Source: Candidatus Omnitrophota bacterium (lineage in GTDB: Bacteria > Omnitrophota > Gorgyraeia > Gygaellales > JAHJCI01). Taken from it: a stretch of 64,000 nucleotides of DNA. Positions 35,333 to 45,602 of the stretch are shown here, piece after piece. The stretch spans positions 4,024-68,023 of the forward strand of contig JBHPGP010000002.1 in NCBI GenBank assembly GCA_042570305.1, given 5' to 3'. The notes beneath the pieces are model-generated. The model saw only the letters and a program-made list of their open reading frames with translations, searched no databases and was not told where the DNA came from. Within the stretch, counting starts at the first letter, position 1, and every line of letters starts with the position of its first letter. A program made the translations under genes and the position numbers.

Positions 35333-38158
35333 ATGGATGAAAGGACAAGACAAGAGCTTCTTCAGGAATTAAAGTCCCTGCAGGCGAGGATAGAAGAACT
35401 GGAAAGGGTCAGGAGCGATTCACTGGAGACAGAGGAATTGCTGCATCACGTAGAAGAGAAATGGGGTTTTCTCTTTGAAAACATACCCGATATCGTCATG
35501 AATGTATCCCGTGACGGAACTATCCTGGCAATAAATCACGCAGTCGGAGACTTCACCGTAGAAGAGATAGTTGGCAGCAGTATATATAAATTCGTAGCTC
35601 CCCAATATTGTAGCCCGCTAAGGGAATGCCTGGAGAGTGTTTTTAGAGCAGGTATCCCAGATAGTTATGAGATTATGGGAACCGGACCCGCAGGCCCCGG
35701 AAGCGCCTGGTATGAAACCCGCCTTATGCCTATTCGGCTGAACCAGCAGATTCACTCCGTTACCTTAATCAGCGCGGACATAACCGAGCGCAAGCATGCT
35801 GAAGAGGCCATGAAGGAGAGCGAGGAGAAATACCGCACCCTGGTTGAGAATATCAATATTGGCGCATACCGCAATACCGGAGATTTCCCCGGCCGTTTTC
35901 TTCACGCAAATCCCGCTATCGTAAAGATGTTTGGTTACGGTTCGGTTGAGGAATTTATGCAGATTTCCGTTTGCGAGCTTTATCAGAATCCGCACGAAAG
36001 AAAGCTTTTTCTGGAAGACCTCTTAAAAAACGGTTTTGTCAAAGGCAAGGAACTGCGCCTGCGAAAAAAAGACGGTACGCCAATCTGGGCTTCCTGTACC
36101 GCAAAGGTTCAATATGACGAAAATAAGAGGATCAAGTGGATAGACGGCGTGGTAGAAGATGTCACCGAACGCAAAAAGGCAGAGGAGGCGCTGCAGGAAT
36201 CCGAAGGTAAATACTCTTCATTGGTAGAGCAGGCGCAGGAGGGGGTAGTTATTCTGCAAGACGGCGTTTTTAAGTTCTGCAATAAAGCCATGTCCGATAT
36301 TACGGGATACTCAACTGATGAATTAATCGGCATGGATTTCCTGCCCGCGATTCTTCCCAAATACAAAGAGCTGATTAAAAAAAGATATGAAGCCGATATA
36401 GCAGGAAAAACAACGCCCCAGACGTTTATAATCAAGACCCGCAGGAAGGACGGCAAAATAATAGATATCGAAGCGACCGGTTCGACGATTTATTTTCATG
36501 ACCGGCCGGCTGCTATGTGCGTTCTGCGCGATATTACAGAGCGCATTAAAGCAGAAGGGGCGTTGCGCGAGAGCGAACATAAATACAGGACGCTGCTTAA
36601 GAATATTCCCCACGGCATATTTTATAAGGATTTAAACTCAGTATATATGCTATGTAATGAAAGCTATGCCAGTGATTTAAACATAGGTCCGGCTGAAATA
36701 AAGGGCAAGACGGATTATGATTTTTATCCCAAAGAATTGGCAGACAAATACAGGGCTGACGATAAAAGGATTATTGAATCTGGAAGGTCAGAGGAGCTGG
36801 AGGAGGAGTATCTCCGGGGCGGGCAGAGGGTTGCCGTACAGACCTTAAAATCTCCGGTAAGGGACGAACAGGGCAATATCATCGGCATATTCGGCATCTT
36901 TTGGGATATTACCGAGCGCAAGAAGAATAAGAGGAGGCTGGAACTATTGAACCGGGAACTTGTCAGGACGAATAAAAGGCTGAAGAGTATCTCGGTCAGG
37001 GATATGCAAACCGGACTTTATAACCACCGTTACCTTGAAGAGGTTCTGGACGCTGAATTTTACCGCGCAAAGAGGTATGGGCATCCTCTTTCAGTGATAA
37101 TGCTGGATGTTGATTATTTCAAATCCATAAACGACGTCTACGGCCATAAATTCGGAGACCTGGTGCTCAAGCAGCTTGCCAGGCTGTTAAAGAGGATGGT
37201 ACGCCGCTATGACGTGGTAATACGTTTCGGGGGAGAGGAATTTCTGATTATCTGCCCGGGCATAGATTATTCACCGGCCTTAATCCTGGCTCAGAGGATT
37301 TTAGACGCGATTAACCTGTATAGTTTCGGCAATAAAAAGCATATCGTCAAGGCGAGGCTAAGTATGGCAGTGGTTAACTATCCGCAGGACCGTGCAGTGA
37401 ACCAGAGCATGGATTTGCTTGAGCTGGCCGAGCAGGTTCTGGACAAGGCAAAAGAACACGGCGGTAACTGCGTTTATTCCAGCGCGGATATCAATAATAG
37501 AAAGGAATGCGCATCCATAAAGGATGAAGGCTCAAGCGATATCTGTTTTCTTAAAGAGAAGATAACCAAGCTTACCAAGCGTTCCAACCAGAGCCTGGTC
37601 GAGGCGGTTTTTGCTTTTGCAAAAACAATAAAATTAAAGGATAGTTATACCGGAGTACATGTGGAAAGGATAGTCGGCTATGCAACCGAGATTGCCCAGA
37701 CCTTAAATTTGTCCAAGGATGATATAGAGCTTATCAGGCAGGCTGCCATCCTGCACGATTTAGGCAAAATCGGGATAAGCGACAGAATTTTACTTAAAGC
37801 GGGACCGCTTAGCAAGAGGGAGTTCAATAAGATTAAGCATCATCCGCAGATCGGCGTGGATATTATCAGGCCGATTCAGTTTCTGCACAGCATAATCCCC
37901 TTTATCCTTTATCACCATGAGAGATGGGACGGCAATGGTTATCCTAAGGGTTTAAAGGGAGAAGAGATTCCTGTTGGAGCGCGCATTGTTGCGATTGCCG
38001 ACGTTTATCAGGCACTGATATCCGACCGCCCTTACCGCAGGGCGTTCTCCAAAGACAAGGCAGTAAAAATAATTCAGGGCGGTTCAGGCACTCAGTTTGA
38101 CCCCCACATAGTCAGCGCCTTTCTGAAAATTATCAAACATAATAAACATACCACCTAA
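35333..38158 (+). CDS. Multi-PAS diguanylate cyclase / HD-GYP phosphodiesterase
   Basis: Four PAS/PAC repeats ending DITERK-like; RFGGEEF; HDLGKIG...HHERWDGNGYP. Confidence 0.93.
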   Translation: MDERTRQELLQELKSLQARIEELERVRSDSLETEELLHHVEEKWGFLFENIPDIVMNVSRDGTILAINHAVGDFTVEEIVGSSIYKFVAPQYCSPLRECLESVFRAGIPDSYEIMGTGPAGPGSAWYETRLMPIRLNQQIHSVTLISADITERKHAEEAMKESEEKYRTLVENINIGAYRNTGDFPGRFLHANPAIVKMFGYGSVEEFMQISVCELYQNPHERKLFLEDLLKNGFVKGKELRLRKKDGTPIWASCTAKVQYDENKRIKWIDGVVEDVTERKKAEEALQESEGKYSSLVEQAQEGVVILQDGVFKFCNKAMSDITGYSTDELIGMDFLPAILPKYKELIKKRYEADIAGKTTPQTFIIKTRRKDGKIIDIEATGSTIYFHDRPAAMCVLRDITERIKAEGALRESEHKYRTLLKNIPHGIFYKDLNSVYMLCNESYASDLNIGPAEIKGKTDYDFYPKELADKYRADDKRIIESGRSEELEEEYLRGGQRVAVQTLKSPVRDEQGNIIGIFGIFWDITERKKNKRRLELLNRELVRTNKRLKSISVRDMQTGLYNHRYLEEVLDAEFYRAKRYGHPLSVIMLDVDYFKSINDVYGHKFGDLVLKQLARLLKRMVRRYDVVIRFGGEEFLIICPGIDYSPALILAQRILDAINLYSFGNKKHIVKARLSMAVVNYPQDRAVNQSMDLLELAEQVLDKAKEHGGNCVYSSADINNRKECASIKDEGSSDICFLKEKITKLTKRSNQSLVEAVFAFAKTIKLKDSYTGVHVERIVGYATEIAQTLNLSKDDIELIRQAAILHDLGKIGISDRILLKAGPLSKREFNKIKHHPQIGVDIIRPIQFLHSIIPFILYHHERWDGNGYPKGLKGEEIPVGARIVAIADVYQALISDRPYRRAFSKDKAVKIIQGGSGTQFDPHIVSAFLKIIKHNKHTT

Positions 38159-38300
38159 GCAATTTCGCGAATTACTGGTTTCCCGCCTTTAGATTTTCCT
38201 TTACAGATTTATCCCGACAGAGTAATATATTAAGTCATAAAGGCATTGCCATTACAACTCTTTGCCGTTATTGGGGTTATTTGCAATTGACCCGCGTTCA

Positions 38301-39788
38301 ATGAATAGAAAGCCATACATTTCAATCATTATTCCAGCCTTTAATGAGGTTAAGCGACTGCCGGCCTTTCTCCAGCTTGTCATTTCCTTCTGTAATAGCA
38401 GCCAAAGGGCATACGAAATCATTGTAGTGGACGACGGAAGCAGCGATAATACGTTCGAGGTTGCTCAATCGTATAAAACCCGCTTTGCCAATCTGCATAT
38501 AATCAGACTCAGAAAAAATATGGGTAAGGGCTACGCAGTTAAAAGAGGGCTCTTGGAGTCCAGCGGGGAGGTATCAGTATTTCTTGACGCTGATGGTTCT
38601 GTTGCCCCCCAGGAAATAGAGAAAAACCTGCATTATATTACACAGGAGGGTTATGATATTGTTGCCGGTTCAAGGGTTTTAAGGAATAAGAGCCAGATTT
38701 TGCAAGTTAAGTGGCATAGAAAGCTTATCGGCACAGTATTTAATTTCCTTGTGCAGACCTTACTGTTTAAAAATATTAAAGACACTCAATGCGGCTTTAA
38801 GATGTTTAAAAGAGAAGTGGTAAAGCCTTTGTTTTCCAGAAGTTATTTAGCAGACTTTGGTTTTGATGTCGAGATTTTATACCTTGCCCATAAAATGGGT
38901 TACAATGTTAAAGAAGAGCCTGTTTCCTGGAGTCACGTTAAAGGCTCAAAGGTGAATCTGTTCATCGATTCGCTCAGGATGTTCTTTAATATATTACAGG
39001 TGAGGAATTGGCATTGTACGCCGATTAATCCCGGTTCCCAGTATATGGGTCCGGATGAATACAGATATATGTATGATTTGGAATGCTACCACTGGTGGTT
39101 TACGAGCCGCAGGAAGCTGCTGGCAGGATTGATGAAGTCATTAAAGATCGCTTCTCCCAAAATTCTGGATGTTGGTTGTGGCACAGGTGCTAATATATTG
39201 TCGTTTAAAAAGTTAGGCGATGCATTCGGCATTGATGCCTCCAGGCAGGCAATTGAATTCTGCAGGAAGAGGGGGATTGAGAATACGACCCAATGTCCGA
39301 TTGAGAAGCTCGGGTTTGCTGATAAAACCTTCGATATTATTACCTGTATTGATGTTTTAGAACATGTGTCCAATCCGTCAGAGGCATTGTTAGAGATTAA
39401 ACGGGTCTTAAAAGATGAAGGCAAGCTGATTATCACTGTTCCTGCTTTCAGGATTCTCTGGAGCCAGCACGATGAGGCATTATGCCATCTAAGGAGATAC
39501 GAAAAGAGCTCGCTTTTATCTGAACTATACGAGGCAGGATTAAAGGCAAAGAAGACCGGCTACTTATTTTTTATCTCTTTTTTTGCGGTTGCCCCGATAA
39601 GAATAATCAGGAGATTCCTCATCCTTAAGCAAGAAAATGTCCATAGCGACACTACTACATTGCCGCCCAAAATCTTAAACGAGTTTTTAAAATTCCTCTT
39701 TAATATAGAAGCCCAATTATCGCTTTGTTTCGGGCTTCCCTTTGGTACGACTCTTTACGCGGTTGCCTGTAAAGAGGCAAATGCATAG
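38301..39788 (+). CDS. GT2 polyprenol-phosphate glycosyltransferase fused to a class I SAM methyltransferase
   Basis: IIPAFNE, VDDGSSD, GKGYAV, FLDADG, DTQCGFK, FDVE; then HWWF, LDVGCGTG, DVLEH, TVPAF..LWSQHD..H.RRY. Confidence 0.88.
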   Translation: MNRKPYISIIIPAFNEVKRLPAFLQLVISFCNSSQRAYEIIVVDDGSSDNTFEVAQSYKTRFANLHIIRLRKNMGKGYAVKRGLLESSGEVSVFLDADGSVAPQEIEKNLHYITQEGYDIVAGSRVLRNKSQILQVKWHRKLIGTVFNFLVQTLLFKNIKDTQCGFKMFKREVVKPLFSRSYLADFGFDVEILYLAHKMGYNVKEEPVSWSHVKGSKVNLFIDSLRMFFNILQVRNWHCTPINPGSQYMGPDEYRYMYDLECYHWWFTSRRKLLAGLMKSLKIASPKILDVGCGTGANILSFKKLGDAFGIDASRQAIEFCRKRGIENTTQCPIEKLGFADKTFDIITCIDVLEHVSNPSEALLEIKRVLKDEGKLIITVPAFRILWSQHDEALCHLRRYEKSSLLSELYEAGLKAKKTGYLFFISFFAVAPIRIIRRFLILKQENVHSDTTTLPPKILNEFLKFLFNIEAQLSLCFGLPFGTTLYAVACKEANA

Positions 39789-39817
39789 GCGCAAGCCGGA
39801 TACCTTCGGGTTAGATT

Positions 39818-41548
39818 ATGAAACATAAACAGAGAAGATATATTTACATTTACCTGTTGATTTTTTTGGTTGCCTTCTTTGTGCTTACGCCTATGATTGT
39901 TCCCCGCACCTGGCCAGTCAGCCATGAAGGCACACGCTATATTATCTTGCTTGACTATTTCAAGGATGCAGTCAGCAAAGGTGTCTTATATCCCAGGTGG
40001 CTCCCGGACGCATATGGCGGATACGGCTATCCGCTGTTTCTTTTTTATCAGCCTGGATTATTCTTTGCCGCGCTGCCCTTTTATTTCCTGCCCGGTTGTC
40101 CTCTATATAGTATGTATATTTTTTTGATTTTCTTGTTTTTCGCAGGCGGTGTAGGAGCCTATAAATTATGCAAAGAACTTTCCGGCCATCTTACAGGATT
40201 AGTCTGTTCGATTCTATTTCTGCTGACGCCGTATTTATACGTCAACCTGTATGTCAGGGGGGATTTAAGTGAATTAATGGCCATGCTGCTTTGCCCGTGG
40301 CCTGTATTTTTCCTGGTTATGCTCAAGAAGCGCATACAGCAAGGCTCTCAATTATTATGGTCAACCTTCGGAATTGCTTTCTCTGTCGTAATGATAATTA
40401 TTTCCCATCCGGCAGTCTCAATGTTCTTCCTGGTTATTTTCTCTATTATTGCCATTTACTTCAGCCTTGATATGGGCGGGTTAAGAATAGCTTTTTTGTC
40501 CAGGGCAGCTGTTTCTGTTATGTTGGGGGCTATTTTGAGTTCACCCTATTGGTTTACCATTTTTCAGATGAAGAACTATGTAAACCTGGAACCCGCATTC
40601 AGCGGCTCTTATTATTCGGCAGAGCTTCATACTGTTTACCCTCTTCAGCTCTTTTCGCGCTTTTGGGGATTTGGACCGTCTAATATAAATACCCCCGCCG
40701 ACGGAATGTCTTTTCAGCTGGGTTTACCGCATTTCATTCTGGCGACGGCGGGATTTTTCTTCGGTAGGAAGAAGCGGATAATTCAGGTATCCTATGCCTT
40801 ATATATTGCATTTATCTTCTTAATGACGCAAGCCGCTTCAGCATTATGGAAGGAGTTTCTTTTCCTGCGCTACGTGCAGTTTCCCTGGAGGATTTTATCG
40901 GTAACCGCTCTCTTACAGGTTATCTGCATCAGCGGCCTTAAAAAAATTATACCCGCAGGGATGCCTATTCGCAGGGCGGTAATCATTATATCGGCTTTGC
41001 TGGGCGTGGTTGCCTTATGGCACTCTAATCAGTTCCAAATCAGTAAAGGCATTGATGCCTGCCGGGAATTAAGGCTTGATAGGGAGCATAGGCTGGAAAG
41101 ATTTCAGACCTATTCAGTACTTAGTGAGTTTATCCCCAAGACAGCATTAGGCAAGCGCATCGCCCTGCCCAGAGGCGATAATCCCATGTTGGTGCTTAAC
41201 CCTCCCGGTGAAATCAAGGAAATAAAGGGCAATAGCAAATACCGCATACGTTATCAGATTAACTGCGAAGTTCCTACTGATGTTTTGATTAACCAGGTTT
41301 ATATGCCAGGATGGAGGGTAATAGTTGACGGGGAAGACATCCCTGCTTCAGAGCTCGAAAGGCATTTAACTATAGACGGGAGAATGCAATTCTCGCTATT
41401 GCCTCGGGAAGAGATTATTGTCCAGGCGTTTTATGACGGCCCTCCCGGGTGGCGTGTGCGCAATCTTCTGATTGGGGTTATATTTTTGGGCTTCGCAGTC
41501 TTTTGTTGCTATGATAGGAGGCAAGGAAAAACCACGGCAAGCAGGTAG
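39818..41548 (+). CDS. Multi-pass GT-C-like membrane protein (PTPS-related family)
   Basis: YPRWLPD.YGGYGYPLFLFYQP, NLYVRGDLSE, QFPWR motifs; more than 10 TM segments. Confidence 0.75.
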   Translation: MKHKQRRYIYIYLLIFLVAFFVLTPMIVPRTWPVSHEGTRYIILLDYFKDAVSKGVLYPRWLPDAYGGYGYPLFLFYQPGLFFAALPFYFLPGCPLYSMYIFLIFLFFAGGVGAYKLCKELSGHLTGLVCSILFLLTPYLYVNLYVRGDLSELMAMLLCPWPVFFLVMLKKRIQQGSQLLWSTFGIAFSVVMIIISHPAVSMFFLVIFSIIAIYFSLDMGGLRIAFLSRAAVSVMLGAILSSPYWFTIFQMKNYVNLEPAFSGSYYSAELHTVYPLQLFSRFWGFGPSNINTPADGMSFQLGLPHFILATAGFFFGRKKRIIQVSYALYIAFIFLMTQAASALWKEFLFLRYVQFPWRILSVTALLQVICISGLKKIIPAGMPIRRAVIIISALLGVVALWHSNQFQISKGIDACRELRLDREHRLERFQTYSVLSEFIPKTALGKRIALPRGDNPMLVLNPPGEIKEIKGNSKYRIRYQINCEVPTDVLINQVYMPGWRVIVDGEDIPASELERHLTIDGRMQFSLLPREEIIVQAFYDGPPGWRVRNLLIGVIFLGFAVFCCYDRRQGKTTASR

Positions 41549-41556
41549 GCAATTGA

Positions 41557-43902
41557 TTAATCACTGCCTTCTTCGGTTTGCAGCATCATATAGATTAATT
41601 GGTGAATCTGCTGCTCTATCATTTTAGATTCTTCGCTGTCAGGATTAAGTCCGACAAATTTCTGCAGGTATTCTACTGCCAGACGGTAATCCCCTTTTAT
41701 GTTTGTATATATGGCACCCAGATTAAGGTATGCTATGCTGCTTTCAATTCCGGGATTAATCTGAATCGCTTTCTTATACATAGCAATCCCTTCTTCCGTG
41801 GAGCCTTGATTCATGTAGGCATTCCCCAGGTTGACATATGCCAGGGAGTACTCAGGGTCTAGCCTTAAGGCTTTCTTGAATTCGCCTATGGCCTTATCAT
41901 GTTCCCCGGTCATCCCGTAATTAATCCCCCGTTGAATGTGGTATTGGGCTGTTTCTTCTCCTCCTGTAATATCCGGGAGAATAACCGCATATTTATCTGT
42001 CTGGCTTGCCATTTCTTTTGCCGGGCCGCTGAGAAAAAAATCAGGGTTGAGTTTTCTTGCCTTATCCAGGACAATCCGTGCCTTCTGATTATCCTGTTTT
42101 TGCAGGTATAGCTGCCCCAGGTTAAACAGGCTGGCAAAATTCTCAGGATTGAATTTTAGCGACTCTATGTATTCTCCAATCGCATCGTCAATCCGCCCGT
42201 GGTTGCTGTAATAGAGACCCAGATTATTATGACCTTTACTGTAGGCCCGGACTATCTCCTTTACCATATAATCCTTATGTATGCCCCTATCAAGAAGCCC
42301 CCTTTGGCTGTAGCCTTTCCAGAGCGAAGCGTTGGCCTGCGCGACATCCTCAAAATCAGAAACGGATTTTAAGGGGGCGATTTTGTAAACCAGGCCGTAG
42401 GGAATATTTTCATAATCCCCCAGCATTAAAAATGTCGAGAATACCGGGGTCTGGAGAATATTGGAATCGATGAAATGATGGAGCCGTTCCTGGCGCGGCA
42501 CTGAAAGAATGTCCTCAGGCATGATGTTGCCGCGGTGTTTAAGCAGGCTTTCGCAGCCCCAGTCCCAGGTGATTAATTCCCTGTCGACAATGGTTACATC
42601 CCCGCGTAGTCCTTTGGATGCCTGCAGATATAAAAGCGGACCGAAAACAGCATCTCCCGTGGACAATAAAATTGAGCCTTTGGGGACAGTATTTAGAACG
42701 TCAGTCGCGTAATCCGATATAATAAAATTTTTACTCCTGTCATTTTTATGATAGTTTGCAACAAAACAGGCCAGGGGTAGCAGAATCAGGGGCAACCAGG
42801 CAGCCAGGCGTAAGCGGGCCCTGGTTTTTAAATAAATATAAAAATAGTTGAGCCCGCAGCCAATCCAGATAGTTATGATTATGTAGCTCGGTAAAAGGTA
42901 GCGGAATAAAGTGAAAAGGTCTTCCTCGTTGCCGTAATAAATCATCAGTAAGAGATTACCGATTACCAGAAGGCAAGATAAAAGAAATATCCTTTTATGC
43001 CTTCTCCAGTGTCCGATTAATCCCAGAATAAACACCAGCCCCAAGGGGGTAAAATCCAGGATAAATAACTTCATAGCCGTAAGCAGGACCCTCAATGAGC
43101 CTGCGGTACTGCGTACCCCCATCTTAAAGGCGTATTCCCTTTGAGTTATATAGTTGAAGAAGCTGACCAGATTAGTGGGGTTGCCCCAGTTAACCACAGG
43201 GTCCCTGGAGGCGGCTATCGGTAAATAAAAATATTGCAAACCGCTCAAGGCAAGCGCTATGAATACCGCCAGAACAAAGGCCGGCCTTAAGAATGTCCTT
43301 GGTTTGGTTACGGCTATAGCGGCTATCGCCATAGGAATAACCAGGATTACCATTGCATGGGTAGCTAAGGCTAATCCCAGCATCACCGCAAATAAGAAAA
43401 GATACTTGTCTTTTTGCTTTATGTTCCATAAAAATATTATCCAGACTAACAGGGCTATAAAAAACCCTGCCAGCGTATATACCCTGGCAGCTGTAGCATG
43501 AGACCAGAGGGTGGCAGAGAAGGCAAAGGATAAGGCAGACGCAAAGCATACAGGCCTGTTAATTGCCAATGTGCGTAACGCCAGGTATATTACTCCCGTA
43601 GATAATGAAGCAAAGAAGGCAGAGAGGATGTTAACCCTATAGGCAATATCGCCGAAAGGGATGATTATAGTAAACAACCTGCTTAAAAGTATATAGAGAG
43701 GAAAACCCGTAGGATGCGCAACCCCTAAAGTAGCTACCGCTGCCAGGAGTTCTCCGCTGTCCCCTTCGTATACAGTAGGGCAGAGGGTTTTAATATAGGT
43801 CAGAAAAGAGGCCAAAAGCAGTACGGCTATTAACAGGCAGTCATTAATTTGGATTAATGATGCCGGTTTCTGGGCTCGGGTTTTATCAGAGGGCTTTATC
43901 AT
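41557..43902 (-). CDS. DUF2723 (TMEM260-like) membrane glycosyltransferase with C-terminal TPRs
   Basis: GDSGEL..LGVAHPTGFPLY, AYRVN, YLPI...NWGNP, GD..FGPL.YLQ; TPR repeats; start ATG 43902 (or TTG 43941). Confidence 0.85.
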   Translation of the reverse strand: MIKPSDKTRAQKPASLIQINDCLLIAVLLLASFLTYIKTLCPTVYEGDSGELLAAVATLGVAHPTGFPLYILLSRLFTIIIPFGDIAYRVNILSAFFASLSTGVIYLALRTLAINRPVCFASALSFAFSATLWSHATAARVYTLAGFFIALLVWIIFLWNIKQKDKYLFLFAVMLGLALATHAMVILVIPMAIAAIAVTKPRTFLRPAFVLAVFIALALSGLQYFYLPIAASRDPVVNWGNPTNLVSFFNYITQREYAFKMGVRSTAGSLRVLLTAMKLFILDFTPLGLVFILGLIGHWRRHKRIFLLSCLLVIGNLLLMIYYGNEEDLFTLFRYLLPSYIIITIWIGCGLNYFYIYLKTRARLRLAAWLPLILLPLACFVANYHKNDRSKNFIISDYATDVLNTVPKGSILLSTGDAVFGPLLYLQASKGLRGDVTIVDRELITWDWGCESLLKHRGNIMPEDILSVPRQERLHHFIDSNILQTPVFSTFLMLGDYENIPYGLVYKIAPLKSVSDFEDVAQANASLWKGYSQRGLLDRGIHKDYMVKEIVRAYSKGHNNLGLYYSNHGRIDDAIGEYIESLKFNPENFASLFNLGQLYLQKQDNQKARIVLDKARKLNPDFFLSGPAKEMASQTDKYAVILPDITGGEETAQYHIQRGINYGMTGEHDKAIGEFKKALRLDPEYSLAYVNLGNAYMNQGSTEEGIAMYKKAIQINPGIESSIAYLNLGAIYTNIKGDYRLAVEYLQKFVGLNPDSEESKMIEQQIHQLIYMMLQTEEGSD

Positions 43903-44046
43903 AATCAGAGGACTTGCCGATAAGATGCAGAGTCCGGGCAAGCCTGAAAGAATAATATCACTTATTCAATTATTGTCAAGAATATCAAGCCCGATTAACG
44001 TCAGTTTTTCCTTTACAGTTTTGTCCCGAAAGAGTAATATAAGTCT

Positions 44047-44517
44047 ATGCAAGCCGAATTCTTCTCAAGGCTTAAGGAATGCCTGGGCAGCAGAACTGCG
44101 ATAGTCGGCATAGGCAATACGCTCAAGGCAGACGACGGTTTAGGGCCCCTGTTGGTTCAGGGCCTGAGAGGAAAAACCCCTGCCTGCCTCTTTGACTGCG
44201 GTGAGGTACCGGAGAACTATACCCGTCCGATTATCAGGTCCAATCCAGAAACAATTATTATCGTTGACGCTGCTGACTGGTCAGCTGCAGCCGGAGAATT
44301 AAGGTTCATAAAAGCCGAGGAAATAAGGAATTTCAGCCTTTCCACTCACAACGCATCGCTTTCGATTTTCCTGGATTATTTAAAGGGTGAACTTCCCCGG
44401 GCAGAGATAATTATTGTAGGGGTGCAAACGGGAAACAGGCAGTTGATGCAGTCACTTAGTCCAGGAGTGGAAGCTACGCTTAATCAATTACTGGATTTTT
44501 TTAAAGGCTGCGGGTGA
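44047..44517 (+). CDS. hycI: Hydrogenase maturation protease (HycI-like)
   Basis: VGIGNTLKADDGLG, GEVPENY, IIVDAAD, STH motifs. Confidence 0.88.
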   Translation: MQAEFFSRLKECLGSRTAIVGIGNTLKADDGLGPLLVQGLRGKTPACLFDCGEVPENYTRPIIRSNPETIIIVDAADWSAAAGELRFIKAEEIRNFSLSTHNASLSIFLDYLKGELPRAEIIIVGVQTGNRQLMQSLSPGVEATLNQLLDFFKGCG

Positions 44518-44603
44518 GATTTTAGTTTGATAATCAGTATCTTCTGTGATAGAATGAGCAAAACACAGGTTGATACGTAAAGAGAAAAGGAGGGTAGTAC
44601 GTT

Positions 44604-45602
44604 ATGGATTGGGATAAGATTCGTAAGCCAGAAGACATTATTGACGCAGGAAAGGCTAAATTCGGAGATTCAGGCAGATTTCTTCCCTGGATTATGATTG
44701 GCTTGATAGTCCTAGTCAGCCTGAAGGGGCTGCTTTATTCTATCGGTCCGGAAGAGGTGGGCGTGATTCAGAGATTCGGAAAATATATGCGCCTGAGCTC
44801 TCCGGGTTTGCACGTAAAGATTCCGTTCGGCATCGAGAAGGTTACTCCTGTGCCGGTAAAGAGGGTATTAAAAGAGGAATTCGGGGTAAGGACAGTGCGC
44901 CCCGGAGTGCGCACGCAATATTCTCCCCGCGAATACCTTGAGGAATCACTGATGCTCACCGGAGATTTAAATATACTCGACGTTCGCTGGATTGTGCAGT
45001 TTAAGGTCAATGACCCGGTAAAACTGCTTTTCAGTGTCCGCGACCCCCTGGAAAATATCAGGGATGTTTCCGAGGCAGTGATGAGGCGTTTTGTGGGAGA
45101 CTACCGGGTGGATGAGGTGTTGACTACCAAGAGAGAAGAGGTAGATGATTTGGTCCAGCAGGAGATGCAGGCAATATTAGATACATACCAGACCGGTGTT
45201 CATATCGTTACGGTTAAGTTGCTGGATGTGAACCCGCCAGAGAAGGTAAAGCCGGCATTCAATGAGGTAAATGAAGCAAAGCAGGAAAGGGAAAAGCTGA
45301 TTAACCAGGCCTGGGAAGCGTATAATAAGGTTATCCCCAAGGCAAAGGGCGAGGCAGAAAAGACAATCAGCGTAGCAGAGGGATACAGCCTGGACAAGGT
45401 TAACCGGGCAAAGGGAGAAGCGGAAAGGTTCCTGGCTGTACTTGCCGAATATAAAAAAGAGCCGATGATAACTGAAAAGAGGTTATATTTAGAGACCTTA
45501 TCGCAGATTTTGCCTAAGGCAAAGGCAAAGTATGTGATTGACCCGCAGCAGTCTTCGATTCTACCGCTGCTTAAGATTGGTCAGGAAGGAGGCGGACAAT
45601 AA
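44604..45602 (+). CDS. hflK: FtsH modulator HflK
   Basis: SPFH domain; MLTGDLNI, VNPP..VK.AFNEV, IPKAKGEA, RLYLET. Confidence 0.93.
   Translation: MDWDKIRKPEDIIDAGKAKFGDSGRFLPWIMIGLIVLVSLKGLLYSIGPEEVGVIQRFGKYMRLSSPGLHVKIPFGIEKVTPVPVKRVLKEEFGVRTVRPGVRTQYSPREYLEESLMLTGDLNILDVRWIVQFKVNDPVKLLFSVRDPLENIRDVSEAVMRRFVGDYRVDEVLTTKREEVDDLVQQEMQAILDTYQTGVHIVTVKLLDVNPPEKVKPAFNEVNEAKQEREKLINQAWEAYNKVIPKAKGEAEKTISVAEGYSLDKVNRAKGEAERFLAVLAEYKKEPMITEKRLYLETLSQILPKAKAKYVIDPQQSSILPLLKIGQEGGGQ

Noticed and set aside
12000-44000. Integrative island at tRNA-His with an attR copy
   Set aside because: No integrase in the window and no repeat of the tRNA 3' end found by eye; a computed search could overturn this
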